64,000 bases of DNA. Source: a virus. Below, piece by piece: positions 17,857 through 27,474 of the stretch. Numbering within the stretch: position 1 is the first letter of the stretch; every line of letters begins with the position of its first letter. Made by a program: the position numbers and the translations under genes. The notes beneath the pieces were generated by a model. It did not search any database. It was not told where the DNA came from and saw only the letters and a list, made by a program, of their open reading frames with translations. Where the stretch lies: the IMG/VR virus record IMGVR_UViG_3300035232_000453; one strand, given 5' to 3'.

Positions 17857-18291
17857 TTATTTTACCAAGGTACTTACTTGTATATCAGCAAGTACATTGA
17901 ATTCATTCATTACTTCTTTTGTGTTTATACTATCATAATTATAGTTTAAAATATGCATATCGTCAACCAAAACTATTAGCTTTATCTCACTATTTTCCAC
18001 ATTTTGTACATGTAATATTCTACAAGGAATATCACTGTAATGCAGAGTATATGCCATACACAAACCTACAACATTTTCATCGTAGTTATTTGTATTTAAC
18101 AAGTCCCAAGGATTAGGCCATGTAGTGTGATCATACGGATCAATAACTCTAGTACCCAAGGGCGTAGTTTTCCAAAAATCAATTACAACTCTTAGTTGTG
18201 AATTTCTATCTGAAACTTCTACTATTTCTTTTCTTAATTCGCGCCACCTACGAAGTCTAGGTTTCAGCGGTAATTGCCACGTATCTTTCAT
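17857..18291 (-). CDS. hypothetical protein
   Basis: 144 aa, WPNPWDL motif. Confidence 0.7.
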   Translation of the reverse strand: MKDTWQLPLKPRLRRWRELRKEIVEVSDRNSQLRVVIDFWKTTPLGTRVIDPYDHTTWPNPWDLLNTNNYDENVVGLCMAYTLHYSDIPCRILHVQNVENSEIKLIVLVDDMHILNYNYDSINTKEVMNEFNVLADIQVSTLVK

Positions 18292-18296
18292 TTAAG

Positions 18297-19076
18297 TTAC
18301 TTAAATGATTTTTGTATGTATGTAAATTCGTGTGAATTTGTTACATCAGTTGTATCAAATGCTAAAAGCCATTTATCGCCATCAGCTGCTAAACTAAATT
18401 CAACAGGTACTGTTCCATTGGAAATATCGTATTCATCTTTAATAGACGAGTTAGTAGCTGTTCCAGTTTTATCAATTAATATTTTTAATGTACCATGTCT
18501 AAATCCAGTTGCAACTGATAATGTATAATCAAGTGTTATGCTATCTTTATTATCAATTAAAAATGATACTTCTTTGGTTCCTGCAATAATATTCTCAGGA
18601 GTTCCGGCTGCTTGAGCTTTAGCAAATGTGATTGTTTTTGGTGGGTTTGGAAATGCTTCCGCATTATACCCAAACTCTCTATTATAATTAAAATAAACTA
18701 TATCATTAACATCGGGTACTCTGTTTCCAGAAAGAATTAAACCATCAACATTTATTTTTACTGTTTCATCTTCAAATGAAATTAACGAACCAGGGACTTC
18801 AATATTAGTAGTCGAATCAAATGGATCAATTGTTATAGAGTAAGTAACTTCATTTAATAATTCAATAAAACTTTCAGTAATAGGAGTACTACCTACTGTA
18901 AATTCATATTGCCATTCAGTTAATGTACACGTACCTTTAGACCCTTGAATAGGTTCCATTCCCATAAAAACCTTTTGTACATCAGTTGCCAATCCTAATT
19001 CACCAGGAAGTAGTTTTGGAAGCTGTGCTATATCGCCTTTACGTGCAGTTATTCTTGCTTTAGTTACTGTTGCCAT
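18297..19076 (-). CDS. putative virion protein with Mtd_N-like N-terminal domain
   Basis: RKG...LPKLLPGELGLATD..KVFMG; late promoter ATAAATA at 19101-19107. Confidence 0.6.
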   Translation of the reverse strand: MATVTKARITARKGDIAQLPKLLPGELGLATDVQKVFMGMEPIQGSKGTCTLTEWQYEFTVGSTPITESFIELLNEVTYSITIDPFDSTTNIEVPGSLISFEDETVKINVDGLILSGNRVPDVNDIVYFNYNREFGYNAEAFPNPPKTITFAKAQAAGTPENIIAGTKEVSFLIDNKDSITLDYTLSVATGFRHGTLKILIDKTGTATNSSIKDEYDISNGTVPVEFSLAADGDKWLLAFDTTDVTNSHEFTYIQKSFK

Positions 19077-19103
19077 AATTGTTTCTTCCTTATATTAATG
19101 TAT

Positions 19104-19793
19104 TTATGATAGGCGGTAGAATTTTTCTAACCTTTGAGCCCACTTTATTTCCCAATCTTTGAAATCATTTGTGTCACTTTCAAATAGTTGCCATTCACAA
19201 TCTCCACTACACATAAAGATAGCAATACGGCTAATATCAGTGCCATACATCTCGTTGTGTGCGTTTGCGTATGCGGCGCCTTGTAGGAAATAATCATCAA
19301 TCCATTCACGCTTTTTAGGTTTATTTGTTTGTTTAAAGTCCATAATAGTTGCTTCGCCTTTGTATACACCAACTAAATCTGTTGTGCCTGCATACAATTC
19401 TTTTGCTACTAAGTTTACTTCTGTACCCCATATTTCATCAACATCATTTTCAATGTTATCCACAACCACTTGTGCCATTGCTTTAGCTTGTTGATGTACT
19501 ATATTGTTTCCTGGGTTATATGTTTCGTATTCGCCTAATGCCCAATGTTCTAATATATTGTGCATAACTGTTCCACGATTTGCAGCAGTTGTTGTAATAC
19601 GCTGTGCTTCTTCTGTACCAACACGCTTACGCCAATTTGCTAACGCTTGTCGCTTTTCTGCTGGTTGTGTAGCACTTAGGATTGTTGTTACACTTGGAAC
19701 TGGATCGCCCCAAGGATTTTGATATAGACGTTTACCGTCTACACTAGTTCGTTTAAATTCTTGATATGGGTATTGGTTTATAATTTTAGGCAT
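19104..19793 (-). CDS. PD-(D/E)XK exonuclease
   Basis: PSVTTIL, GT..H, E..L, AGTTDL, DFK, Q..AYA. Confidence 0.88.
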   Translation of the reverse strand: MPKIINQYPYQEFKRTSVDGKRLYQNPWGDPVPSVTTILSATQPAEKRQALANWRKRVGTEEAQRITTTAANRGTVMHNILEHWALGEYETYNPGNNIVHQQAKAMAQVVVDNIENDVDEIWGTEVNLVAKELYAGTTDLVGVYKGEATIMDFKQTNKPKKREWIDDYFLQGAAYANAHNEMYGTDISRIAIFMCSGDCEWQLFESDTNDFKDWEIKWAQRLEKFYRLS

Positions 19794-19799
19794 ACATAA

Positions 19800-19828
19800 A
19801 GTATACTATAATTAAGACAGGATGTCAA
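19800..19828 (-). promoter_or_regulatory. sigma70 promoter, leaderless exonuclease mRNA predicted
   Basis: TTGACA-17 nt-TATACT-6 nt-ATG, no SD. Confidence 0.7.
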
Positions 19829-20564
19829 CGAATTTAGGCAAAATATAATTGTCAAATACCCATTTATTTGCTTTAGGGCTCCAATGGTTATCATCTTCAC
19901 TAATGATTAAATCATTCTCCAATAACAGTTTATCTTTTAATACATGGATATCCAGTGTTCCATCACTTTCATAGAATTGTTCTTGTACTATTTGCCATAT
20001 ATTAAAATTCTTCAAAAGATAAAGATATGCACTGTCTACATTTTCGTCATTTGGATCTTCTAGCAATTCTAGTTTTATTATATGTTTAAAGTTATACAGA
20101 CTATCCATGTTGTCATACCAATTTTTGTTAAAATTTTGATAAGCAGTTGACATAGACTGTGCAGACAGCGCCTCTTTTATTGATTTTTCAATATGTGCTG
20201 GTGCAGGTGAATTTATATTACGCACTACAGTATCGCTATGAACTGAATACCAGTAATGACAAGAATATGCTAGATTTGTGTAATTCTTATCTACTTCTTC
20301 TGATATTTCAAACATTCCATCTTTATCACCGTAGTGTTGAAATGTTCTATGATTGAATGTTCTGTTAGTAACAACCACATCAACATCTTTCATTTTTGCA
20401 TCAACAATTGCTAATCGAAAATAATCGTAGCCTCGTCCGCCTAATGAATAATTAAAATATTGATGTTGTGGGAATTGTTGTGCTAGTAAATAAGACCAAT
20501 GATTTTTTCCTTGGCCTTCTTGGTCATAAGCTGAGAAGCTATCCCCAATAAATGCTATTTTCAT
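19812..20564 (-). CDS. SGNH/GDSL hydrolase-like protein
   Basis: FIGDSF, NYSLGG, DNHWS. Confidence 0.7.
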   Translation of the reverse strand: MKIAFIGDSFSAYDQEGQGKNHWSYLLAQQFPQHQYFNYSLGGRGYDYFRLAIVDAKMKDVDVVVTNRTFNHRTFQHYGDKDGMFEISEEVDKNYTNLAYSCHYWYSVHSDTVVRNINSPAPAHIEKSIKEALSAQSMSTAYQNFNKNWYDNMDSLYNFKHIIKLELLEDPNDENVDSAYLYLLKNFNIWQIVQEQFYESDGTLDIHVLKDKLLLENDLIISEDDNHWSPKANKWVFDNYILPKFVDILS

Positions 20565-20565
20565 A

Positions 20566-20940
20566 TTAAATTTCTATTTCTGTTAGTCCGAATTCTCTGT
20601 CTAAATATTTGTATTCTACTTTAACTGGATCCCAAACTTGAATATGTTCTATTACATCGTTTGGATCAAACGGTCCACATGTGTATACGTCTAGTTGTAT
20701 TAGTGCTGGGTCAACATCATTCCATACGTGGCATGCGAAGTGTGATGTTTCAATAATAACAACACAAGTTGGTCCATTGTTACCTGGCATATAATCTATG
20801 TTTGCTGATATAGGACCTTCTAGTATTTTCATACCAATTTTGTCCACGAGTTCGATCATCCACTCTTTGAGTTCAGATTCAATTGGTGGCTTATTTGCTT
20901 CAATTCTTAGGATGATATGCTTATGTACTGGCGAAAGCAT
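20566..20940 (-). CDS. speD: S-adenosylmethionine decarboxylase proenzyme
   Basis: IETSHFACHVW self-cleavage region, LDVYTCG. Confidence 0.85.
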   Translation of the reverse strand: MLSPVHKHIILRIEANKPPIESELKEWMIELVDKIGMKILEGPISANIDYMPGNNGPTCVVIIETSHFACHVWNDVDPALIQLDVYTCGPFDPNDVIEHIQVWDPVKVEYKYLDREFGLTEIEI

Positions 20941-20944
20941 ACTA

Positions 20945-21562
20945 CTACCAGTACACGTACCATTTAAATGTTCTAGAAGTAACTGTATTTGTTAATCGTT
21001 CAATCTTATAACCTAAATCTGAGAAGTGTTTTATTACTTGCTGCATTTGATTTTGAATAGCACGGTCAGTTAATGTACCTTGCCATGATGCGTAATAGTC
21101 TACACTAGTTGGATTTGGAAGTGAGTACACACCTGCTACAAATCCCAATGAAGCATTTGCTGTTCCGGCTCCAATTTCATATGACCATGTTGCACCTGGA
21201 CTATCTTCTATTGTTAGTACCAAATAGCCTGCGTCTTTTGAAGCTGTCACGCCTGGAACCGATGCATCATTGATGTCTGAGATTATTGCATTAAGTGATG
21301 TTCCAGAAGTACCTAGTGTTACTGTAGTACTATCTATAATAAGTGTGTCACCTACGTTAACTGTGGGGGTGTTAACTGTACCAATTCTTTGTATACTTGG
21401 TGTTGAAACTGTCATTGTAGTACCATCGTCAACTGACGCTTCAAATTTTCCTAGTCCACTTGCAGTAATAATAGCTTCCATGATAGCCTGTGTTTCTTTA
21501 TACACAATCATATCCTGTGATGCTTTTGATCTTGCCTGGGCTGCGTTTAATCCTACACTCAT
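20945..21562 (-). CDS. putative virion structural protein
   Basis: 205 aa, beta/Thr-rich insert, in late operon. Confidence 0.5.
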   Translation of the reverse strand: MSVGLNAAQARSKASQDMIVYKETQAIMEAIITASGLGKFEASVDDGTTMTVSTPSIQRIGTVNTPTVNVGDTLIIDSTTVTLGTSGTSLNAIISDINDASVPGVTASKDAGYLVLTIEDSPGATWSYEIGAGTANASLGFVAGVYSLPNPTSVDYYASWQGTLTDRAIQNQMQQVIKHFSDLGYKIERLTNTVTSRTFKWYVYW

Positions 21563-21885
21563 TTGCTCAACTCTTTATCTACTTGTTTCTTAGCCATTGC
21601 TTTGACTTTTTTCTTATTTTTTTCTGGGTCAACTTTATTTAGGTTACTAGCACCCATACTTGCAGTATTAAAATACACTATACCATCTTTAATATTATTA
21701 ACAATAGGTATGTTGTCTAATTCATCAAACAGTGACTGGTCGTCAACATCTACACCCATTGCTACTAGTTCTCCAACTAGTGTGTCAAGTGGAATGCTTT
21801 CAACTCCTTCGCTACTTAATATAGACAGTAGATCAATTACTTTTGAATCTACTACTGATATTTCAAAAAGATCAGTGTATCTCAT
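21559..21885 (-). CDS. hypothetical probable head-associated protein
   Basis: 108 aa; MRYTDLFE N-terminus resembles a capsid-targeting leader. Confidence 0.6.
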   Translation of the reverse strand: MRYTDLFEISVVDSKVIDLLSILSSEGVESIPLDTLVGELVAMGVDVDDQSLFDELDNIPIVNNIKDGIVYFNTASMGASNLNKVDPEKNKKKVKAMAKKQVDKELSK

Positions 21886-21889
21886 AGTA

Positions 21890-22648
21890 TTACTTCTTTA
21901 ATACCGCGAATGCTTGTTTTAAAATTTCTTTGTTAACTTTACCATCGGCCTGTGCTTCTTTTACCATACTTAGTGCTTGGAGATATGCATCTTCTTTCAT
22001 TTCTCTTCCACCGTCGTCTGTTTCTGCACTTGCAGCATCGGCACCTTCAAAGTCGTCCATTTCTGGTTCTACTTCAATGTCACCACCTATGTCATCAAGT
22101 CCTGCATCCATACCTGCATCATCCATTCCCATGTCTGATTCTGGTGCTTGACCTTGAGCTACTAAAACTGCATCTGCCACTTGTGCGTTTGCTGATTTTA
22201 CTGCTTCGAGAGCCGAGCCAATTGCCGCTTCTGCTGATGCATTAAATGTATCTGCTTCTGCTGTACCGACTTCTTCTTTCATTGCATTTGTAATACTCAT
22301 TAACTCTTCTACTTGCATACTAGCTAAATTTTCAGCCATTTTCTGTAGATCGTCTGCCATATTTTTTGCTGCTAAAAGGACTTCTGCTTGGTCTAGTTCA
22401 TTTTCCATTATTGGATTATTTTCCATAGCTGTGTTTATACCTTCCAGAACTAGCAATAACTTCTGATATTGCTTATTGTTTACTTCTACACCACTTTCAC
22501 GTAGTGCTTTGATTTTTGTTTCAGTAACTGCTTTAACTTTTTCTAACTTGGCGTTGCCAGCTGAAAAGTCAAAACTCATACCAAATACTTCTTTAAGTGT
22601 TGAATCTAATTTGTTTAGATTCTTTACGTTTAATTGTTTTAATTCCAT
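21890..22648 (-). CDS. probable prohead core/scaffold-like protein
   Basis: helical, acidic linker, IME/MKE sites; late promoter at 22684-22690. Confidence 0.55.
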   Translation of the reverse strand: MELKQLNVKNLNKLDSTLKEVFGMSFDFSAGNAKLEKVKAVTETKIKALRESGVEVNNKQYQKLLLVLEGINTAMENNPIMENELDQAEVLLAAKNMADDLQKMAENLASMQVEELMSITNAMKEEVGTAEADTFNASAEAAIGSALEAVKSANAQVADAVLVAQGQAPESDMGMDDAGMDAGLDDIGGDIEVEPEMDDFEGADAASAETDDGGREMKEDAYLQALSMVKEAQADGKVNKEILKQAFAVLKK

Positions 22649-22692
22649 GTTATTACCCCACTAGAGTTTTTTATTATATATTGTATTTATGC

Positions 22693-23310
22693 TCAAAGGG
22701 TACTTTTGATCTGTTTTTTGATTTCTTTCATCTTATAAACAGCTGCACCTTGTTTTGCCATTGCAATATCGTGTTTACTGCTCTCTACAATGGTTTTGCA
22801 CTTCATTTTATATGTTGCTGCTTCTTGCAACGAACTTGCGTATCTGTTATCTAACTCTAATAGTCTATTTACTTTGCTATCATTATTAAATAGTAACCCT
22901 TTTACAACACCCATTGCTGTTTCAAACAATGCTAGTTCATGGTGAATAATTTCATCACCTTCTTTAATATTGTAAAATGTTTTCTTAATGCCTGGTACAA
23001 TGGTTGTCTTTTCCATTGTAATTTCATAATTGTTTACTCTAACCGTATCGCCTTTTTTATCTATTGCTGATAATTCAATGTCATTCTCTGATTCTTTTAC
23101 GATATCTTTAGTAACTTGCGTTGTTGCTTCGTCTAATTTTTGTAAAATACTTAGCATACCTTCTGCATTTTTACTAACACTACCTAATATAGTAGGAGAT
23201 GGTTTATTTTTCTCGTTTTTAACTTTTTGTGCAGCAGTTGGTTCTGCTTCGGCTGATTCGTTTAATTTAGCAATGATATCCATCATTCCTTTTACTTCTT
23301 CTGTTGGCAT
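22693..23310 (-). CDS. hypothetical probable head-associated protein
   Basis: internal repeat GMMDIIAKLNE / GMLSILQKLDE. Confidence 0.65.
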   Translation of the reverse strand: MPTEEVKGMMDIIAKLNESAEAEPTAAQKVKNEKNKPSPTILGSVSKNAEGMLSILQKLDEATTQVTKDIVKESENDIELSAIDKKGDTVRVNNYEITMEKTTIVPGIKKTFYNIKEGDEIIHHELALFETAMGVVKGLLFNNDSKVNRLLELDNRYASSLQEAATYKMKCKTIVESSKHDIAMAKQGAAVYKMKEIKKQIKSTL

Positions 23311-23519
23311 TATAGGCTCCCTTTCATACGTTCATAATATACTTTATTATTCTCTACTATCTTCTTAACAATATTTTTGTTAACTAGGCTTTGAATTAGG
23401 TAAACTTCACGTTCTGACAAATCGTCTTTGCATGTACGTTCTAATAAGTTTTCGTACATTGCACATTCGTGAAGTGAAATAAATGTTGGGATTCCGCCTG
23501 GGGTTTCAATGCTTTTCAT
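23310..23519 (-). CDS. hypothetical protein
   Basis: 69 aa, coupled. Confidence 0.65.
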   Translation of the reverse strand: MKSIETPGGIPTFISLHECAMYENLLERTCKDDLSEREVYLIQSLVNKNIVKKIVENNKVYYERMKGSL

Positions 23520-24221
23520 TTATCTCCCCATTGCCAATTGTTTTAGGCGTTCAATTTCTTGTGCGTTTATATTTGCTTGTTGCTGACTTTGATTTGCAAT
23601 TTGTGAATTTTGAGCTCTTTCTATGTCATCTGGATCTGCACTGCCGGCTCTGTTGGCGCCTTGTCCAGTTGGTTGTTTATTACCACCAGCTACTGTTCTA
23701 GGTAAACTGGTTGAATCTCTATTAGCATCTTGGTTGGCATTATTTGCACGTCTGTTTGCTACATCATTCTGTTCTTTACCCGCTCTAATAGTTGCTCTAC
23801 TAGGTTGTGCTGTAGATATTGTTCCATATTCATCTAATTGTGTTTCGTCTAGTGCTTTCCATTCATCATATGATAGATAAATGTCTGTGTCTGGATCGTA
23901 GTAACTACCTTCTTTTGGATCGTAATAAACTACTTTGCCACTACGAGTTTGAAAAGGACCTTCTAGTCCGTTACGTTCTTGATATTTTTCTCTGTCAATA
24001 CTAGGTAACTCTGACCATCCTTCGTTTACTGCACTTAGGTCTATAATTTCTGAGAAAGCATCGTTGTCGTCTGCTTTCATACTATTAATAAGTTTTAATG
24101 TTTGTGAAAAGGATAAATTTCTTAACTGTTCTGATACTTGATCTTTTGTAAGTTCCATTCCGAACTTAGCATTTGCAAAGTCTATTACTGTATCAATTGT
24201 ACTATTGTTTATTACATCCAT
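23520..24221 (-). CDS. modular probable internal head protein
   Basis: module bounded by VNE and LDE; C-terminal EIERLKQLAMGR. Confidence 0.65.
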   Translation of the reverse strand: MDVINNSTIDTVIDFANAKFGMELTKDQVSEQLRNLSFSQTLKLINSMKADDNDAFSEIIDLSAVNEGWSELPSIDREKYQERNGLEGPFQTRSGKVVYYDPKEGSYYDPDTDIYLSYDEWKALDETQLDEYGTISTAQPSRATIRAGKEQNDVANRRANNANQDANRDSTSLPRTVAGGNKQPTGQGANRAGSADPDDIERAQNSQIANQSQQQANINAQEIERLKQLAMGR

Positions 24222-24225
24222 TATA

Positions 24226-24513
24226 CTATCCTCTCGCTTTATTTAGTCTTGCTACAATACGACTAGCTGGATTTAATCGTTTTGTTCTTTGTGCTTTTTT
24301 CATCATTCTAGCACCTTTTTGTGCTCGTGTACGTCTGAGAACATATCTCTTTTTTAAATCTATAGGTGCGGCACATTGCTGTGGATTTGACACCGGTCTT
24401 CCTTTTCGAGGTCCTACTGTACAACGAAACGCTCTACTAACTTTATTACCACGTTTTCTAAATATTACTTTTGCTTCTGAAACAATAGTATTATATGATT
24501 CGTTTAATAACAT
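24226..24513 (-). CDS. highly basic small protein, possible DNA-binding core protein
   Basis: Arg/Lys-rich after MLLNES...VSE leader. Confidence 0.65.
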   Translation of the reverse strand: MLLNESYNTIVSEAKVIFRKRGNKVSRAFRCTVGPRKGRPVSNPQQCAAPIDLKKRYVLRRTRAQKGARMMKKAQRTKRLNPASRIVARLNKARG

Positions 24514-24514
24514 G

Positions 24515-24799
24515 TTACCCGCCTACTAACGGTGATACGGTTTGCAAATTCAACAGTAATAATACTACTGTAGAAAGCAGGCCTGCTATTACTGTTGCTG
24601 CTGCGCCAATAACTAGCTTGTTACTAGACAGCGTACTTGCTGTCTGTTTTTCTGATATCTTAGCCATGGCATCAGTTAACGAGTCCACTTTTGACTCAAG
24701 TCTGTTTAATTTTTCTTCTAACACGCGATATCTCTCTGCACATAAGTCTACATGTGCTTCTAGGTTCTCACGCTCAAGTCTTGACTGGTTCATTGCCAT
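24515..24799 (-). CDS. coiled-coil protein with C-terminal TM helix
   Basis: HVDLCAERY coiled coil plus hydrophobic C-terminus; late promoter TATAAATA 24871-24878. Confidence 0.7.
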   Translation of the reverse strand: MAMNQSRLERENLEAHVDLCAERYRVLEEKLNRLESKVDSLTDAMAKISEKQTASTLSSNKLVIGAAATVIAGLLSTVVLLLLNLQTVSPLVGG

Positions 24800-24873
24800 A
24801 TTTTGTTCTCACAATCTTTAGCAGCGTCTTAAAGAGCTGATTTAATATAAGTACATCCTTGCACTTATTGTAT

Positions 24874-25329
24874 TTATATGTTTTGTCTGTATTTAAAGTA
24901 TGTGTTTTTATTCACAGACGTTGTATCAATAATTTCAGGATTAATAATTGCCGTTTCATCTAAAGTAATATGAATTGGTGTCATACTAAAATCCTCTTCT
25001 AACATATAAATGTTATTATTTTCTTTCATCCATGCATCTGCTGTTTCACTTGCAAACGTTAAGATCCATATATCATGTAATCCAGTAATATTACTACCAA
25101 ATTCATAATTAGATACATCTTCTGCATCTAATTTAGCAACACTGCTCAACACAGGTTGAGATCTTAAACTTATACTTTGGATAAAAGTATTTAAATTTTG
25201 GGCTTGGAAGAATCCTTTTGCATTTGCTTTAGGACTAACTATACCCGAATCTGTTATATCTATTAACGTATATATCACATAATAATCTGTTGAGCCTGTT
25301 AAAACCTCTACTGGTCTACTTGTACCCAT
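24874..25329 (-). CDS. hypothetical protein
   Basis: 151 aa, YTLIDIT motif. Confidence 0.7.
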   Translation of the reverse strand: MGTSRPVEVLTGSTDYYVIYTLIDITDSGIVSPKANAKGFFQAQNLNTFIQSISLRSQPVLSSVAKLDAEDVSNYEFGSNITGLHDIWILTFASETADAWMKENNNIYMLEEDFSMTPIHITLDETAIINPEIIDTTSVNKNTYFKYRQNI

Positions 25330-25333
25330 TTTA

Positions 25334-26095
25334 TTATCCCATGCCGGTTAACTTACCAGCTGTGTAGCCTGCTGCAAATGCAGCTGCTCCGCGAGCAATA
25401 CGTTGTTTAATTGTTTTCTTTTCACCTTGTTCTAGATCTAAATTATTTTCTCCTGAGAACTTCTTAAACAGTGGAGTTAAATCACTGCGTCTTGCATTTA
25501 GTCTATAATATTTGTTTAGTTGTGTAGAAGCAAGTTGTCGCTGTTGCGTTGTTAACCCATTCCAATCACCTACTAATCTTCTGGCTGCTCTCAATTTTGG
25601 ATCTTGTATAGCTAAGTCTTTTTCTAACTTGTAAAAGAATGCTTTTGCTTGTCCAGGATTTGCCTGACCAGTTTCAATTTTCTTTAAAAATTGTTTAATT
25701 TGTTTATCATTAAAGTTTACTTTAGCAAGTAACAATTTATCTGCTTCTGAATCAGCTAACCCACCTGGCTTATTTAATGTAAACATTGTTTGATAGATAT
25801 CGGTTCCACTAGGACTAGCCTTGTTAAATCCTCCATACATTCCTGTTCTACGTGCATATTGTTTAGCCACTGGTGCATATTTATAATCATTTGACATAGC
25901 GTAAAGACTTAACAGTCCTACAAACAAATGATCTGTTAATCCTCTAGCACCTTCTGAGCTTATTTGTTGTCTTGTTTTAAACATACGAGCTTCACCCAAT
26001 GACTGGATAAATGACAATTCTTTATTATCAGGTGTCATCTCATGTCCACCCTCCATGGCTGCGTATTGTTGTAATGTATATTTTTGTTCACTCAT
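25334..26095 (-). CDS. hypothetical probable head-associated protein
   Basis: 253 aa; FIQSLGE-ARM site near N-terminus. Confidence 0.7.
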   Translation of the reverse strand: MSEQKYTLQQYAAMEGGHEMTPDNKELSFIQSLGEARMFKTRQQISSEGARGLTDHLFVGLLSLYAMSNDYKYAPVAKQYARRTGMYGGFNKASPSGTDIYQTMFTLNKPGGLADSEADKLLLAKVNFNDKQIKQFLKKIETGQANPGQAKAFFYKLEKDLAIQDPKLRAARRLVGDWNGLTTQQRQLASTQLNKYYRLNARRSDLTPLFKKFSGENNLDLEQGEKKTIKQRIARGAAAFAAGYTAGKLTGMG

Positions 26096-26289
26096 TTTTT
26101 ATTCTCTTTTACTATTATATCACAAGTATCACTAGCATATGTTTTAAAATAACGTGGAGCAAATGCATGTAAGAATACTGCACCTGCGGCAAGTTTTAGT
26201 TTCCATGCAATACTAATTGCATGTTTAAAGTGTTGCCAGCGTGTCATATCCGCCTCTTCTAAATGCAACTTACATTGCTTACTTAACAT
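26092..26289 (-). CDS. DUF6356-like small protein
   Basis: HLEE..MTRWQHFKHA...LHAFAP; paralog of 11397-11666. Confidence 0.65.
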   Translation of the reverse strand: MLSKQCKLHLEEADMTRWQHFKHAISIAWKLKLAAGAVFLHAFAPRYFKTYASDTCDIIVKENKK

Positions 26290-27474
26290 TTAGTTGTTCC
26301 TTGCCATATTTGCAGCCGTAAAGCCTGCTCTGTTTACTAGTTTAACATCTTTGTCTACTACATATCCTTCGCCGCCTCGTTGGCCGCCTGTGTATGCTTC
26401 TACATCAGCATCTTGTGAATCTAATGCAGTAATAATCATATTCTTAACTTTCATTGTTCCTCTAATAAAATTAAAGGTTGCATTAAAGCCTTCTAAATTA
26501 GCATTTATATATTCACCTAGTCTTTGTTTTTTAGGTGTTGATAGTTTACTACCGTCTACCCATTTCATAAAGTCTGCGCCTAGTTTATCTAATCCGCCTG
26601 TCTTAACTGTTGCATTAATATATGTGTAAAGTATTTTACCAAAGTCGGTCATTTTTAATTCTGGTGGTACATTAAATAGTTTATCAATTGCGCCAGCATG
26701 TTTTCCTATAAATGCATCTAATTCGTCTATTGCAGGAATATCTACACCTGGTGATTTTTGTACCATTACAGGTGGCATAATAAATGTTGGACCACCTTGG
26801 AAACTTGACATATCGACGTTACTTTTTTCGCCATCTAGTCCAATTGCCATATGTACAACAACACCTACGTCACTGTCTGCAATCTTTTTACCAACTTCAC
26901 TATCTAATTTTACCTGGTATGTTGTTGTGTTAGGTTTAAATATAAACTTGTTATCTTTTACTTCTGGTTTTGTAAACCAAAGTAAATCTCCGTGTACATA
27001 GCCTCTAAAATCTGCTGGTACTGTTGCTTCTACTTTAGGCCAAATCTCTTTCATCTTGCCTGCAAACGCTCCATAATCTTGTGGATTTTTTGCGTAGCCT
27101 GGACGATTCTTTAACATAGCCTCTAATCCATCTGCACTAGTAACTTTACCATCGTATCCTTTGGCAGTAAATCCACTCTTATCTGTTAATATGAATTCAC
27201 CCTTTTCATTACGGCCAAATATAACCGCAGGTGAGCCGTCCCACTTAACAGTGACAGTATTAGGTTGTTGTTCTACTTGATGTAATGTTGCGATGGCTTT
27301 TTTTGCTCCAGCACTTCCATCCCATAAAATGAGATCTTCTAAGTGTTGAATACGTGCATCTTCTTTTAAGTCTTCTGCAGTTGGTGTGTATAACCCTTTG
27401 CCTTTTAATCTAATATTTCTTATGTTTCTAGGTTTACGCTTTTTAGTACCTGCTAAAATATCTTCTATTTTCAT
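26290..27474 (-). CDS. DUF6267-like protein with ligase-type nucleotidyltransferase motifs
   Basis: HLEDL, KWDGSPA, GDL, EGYV, KLVNR. Confidence 0.7.
   Translation of the reverse strand: MKIEDILAGTKKRKPRNIRNIRLKGKGLYTPTAEDLKEDARIQHLEDLILWDGSAGAKKAIATLHQVEQQPNTVTVKWDGSPAVIFGRNEKGEFILTDKSGFTAKGYDGKVTSADGLEAMLKNRPGYAKNPQDYGAFAGKMKEIWPKVEATVPADFRGYVHGDLLWFTKPEVKDNKFIFKPNTTTYQVKLDSEVGKKIADSDVGVVVHMAIGLDGEKSNVDMSSFQGGPTFIMPPVMVQKSPGVDIPAIDELDAFIGKHAGAIDKLFNVPPELKMTDFGKILYTYINATVKTGGLDKLGADFMKWVDGSKLSTPKKQRLGEYINANLEGFNATFNFIRGTMKVKNMIITALDSQDADVEAYTGGQRGGEGYVVDKDVKLVNRAGFTAANMARNN

Noticed and set aside
18297-19076. Diversity-generating retroelement target (Mtd-like N-terminus)
   Set aside because: There is no reverse transcriptase and no adenine-variable TR/VR pair in the window; the 38-bp repeat has just one mismatch
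19104-19793. Cas4/CRISPR adaptation gene
   Set aside because: It lacks the four-Cys Fe-S pattern and CRISPR context; it is a common phage PD-(D/E)XK exonuclease
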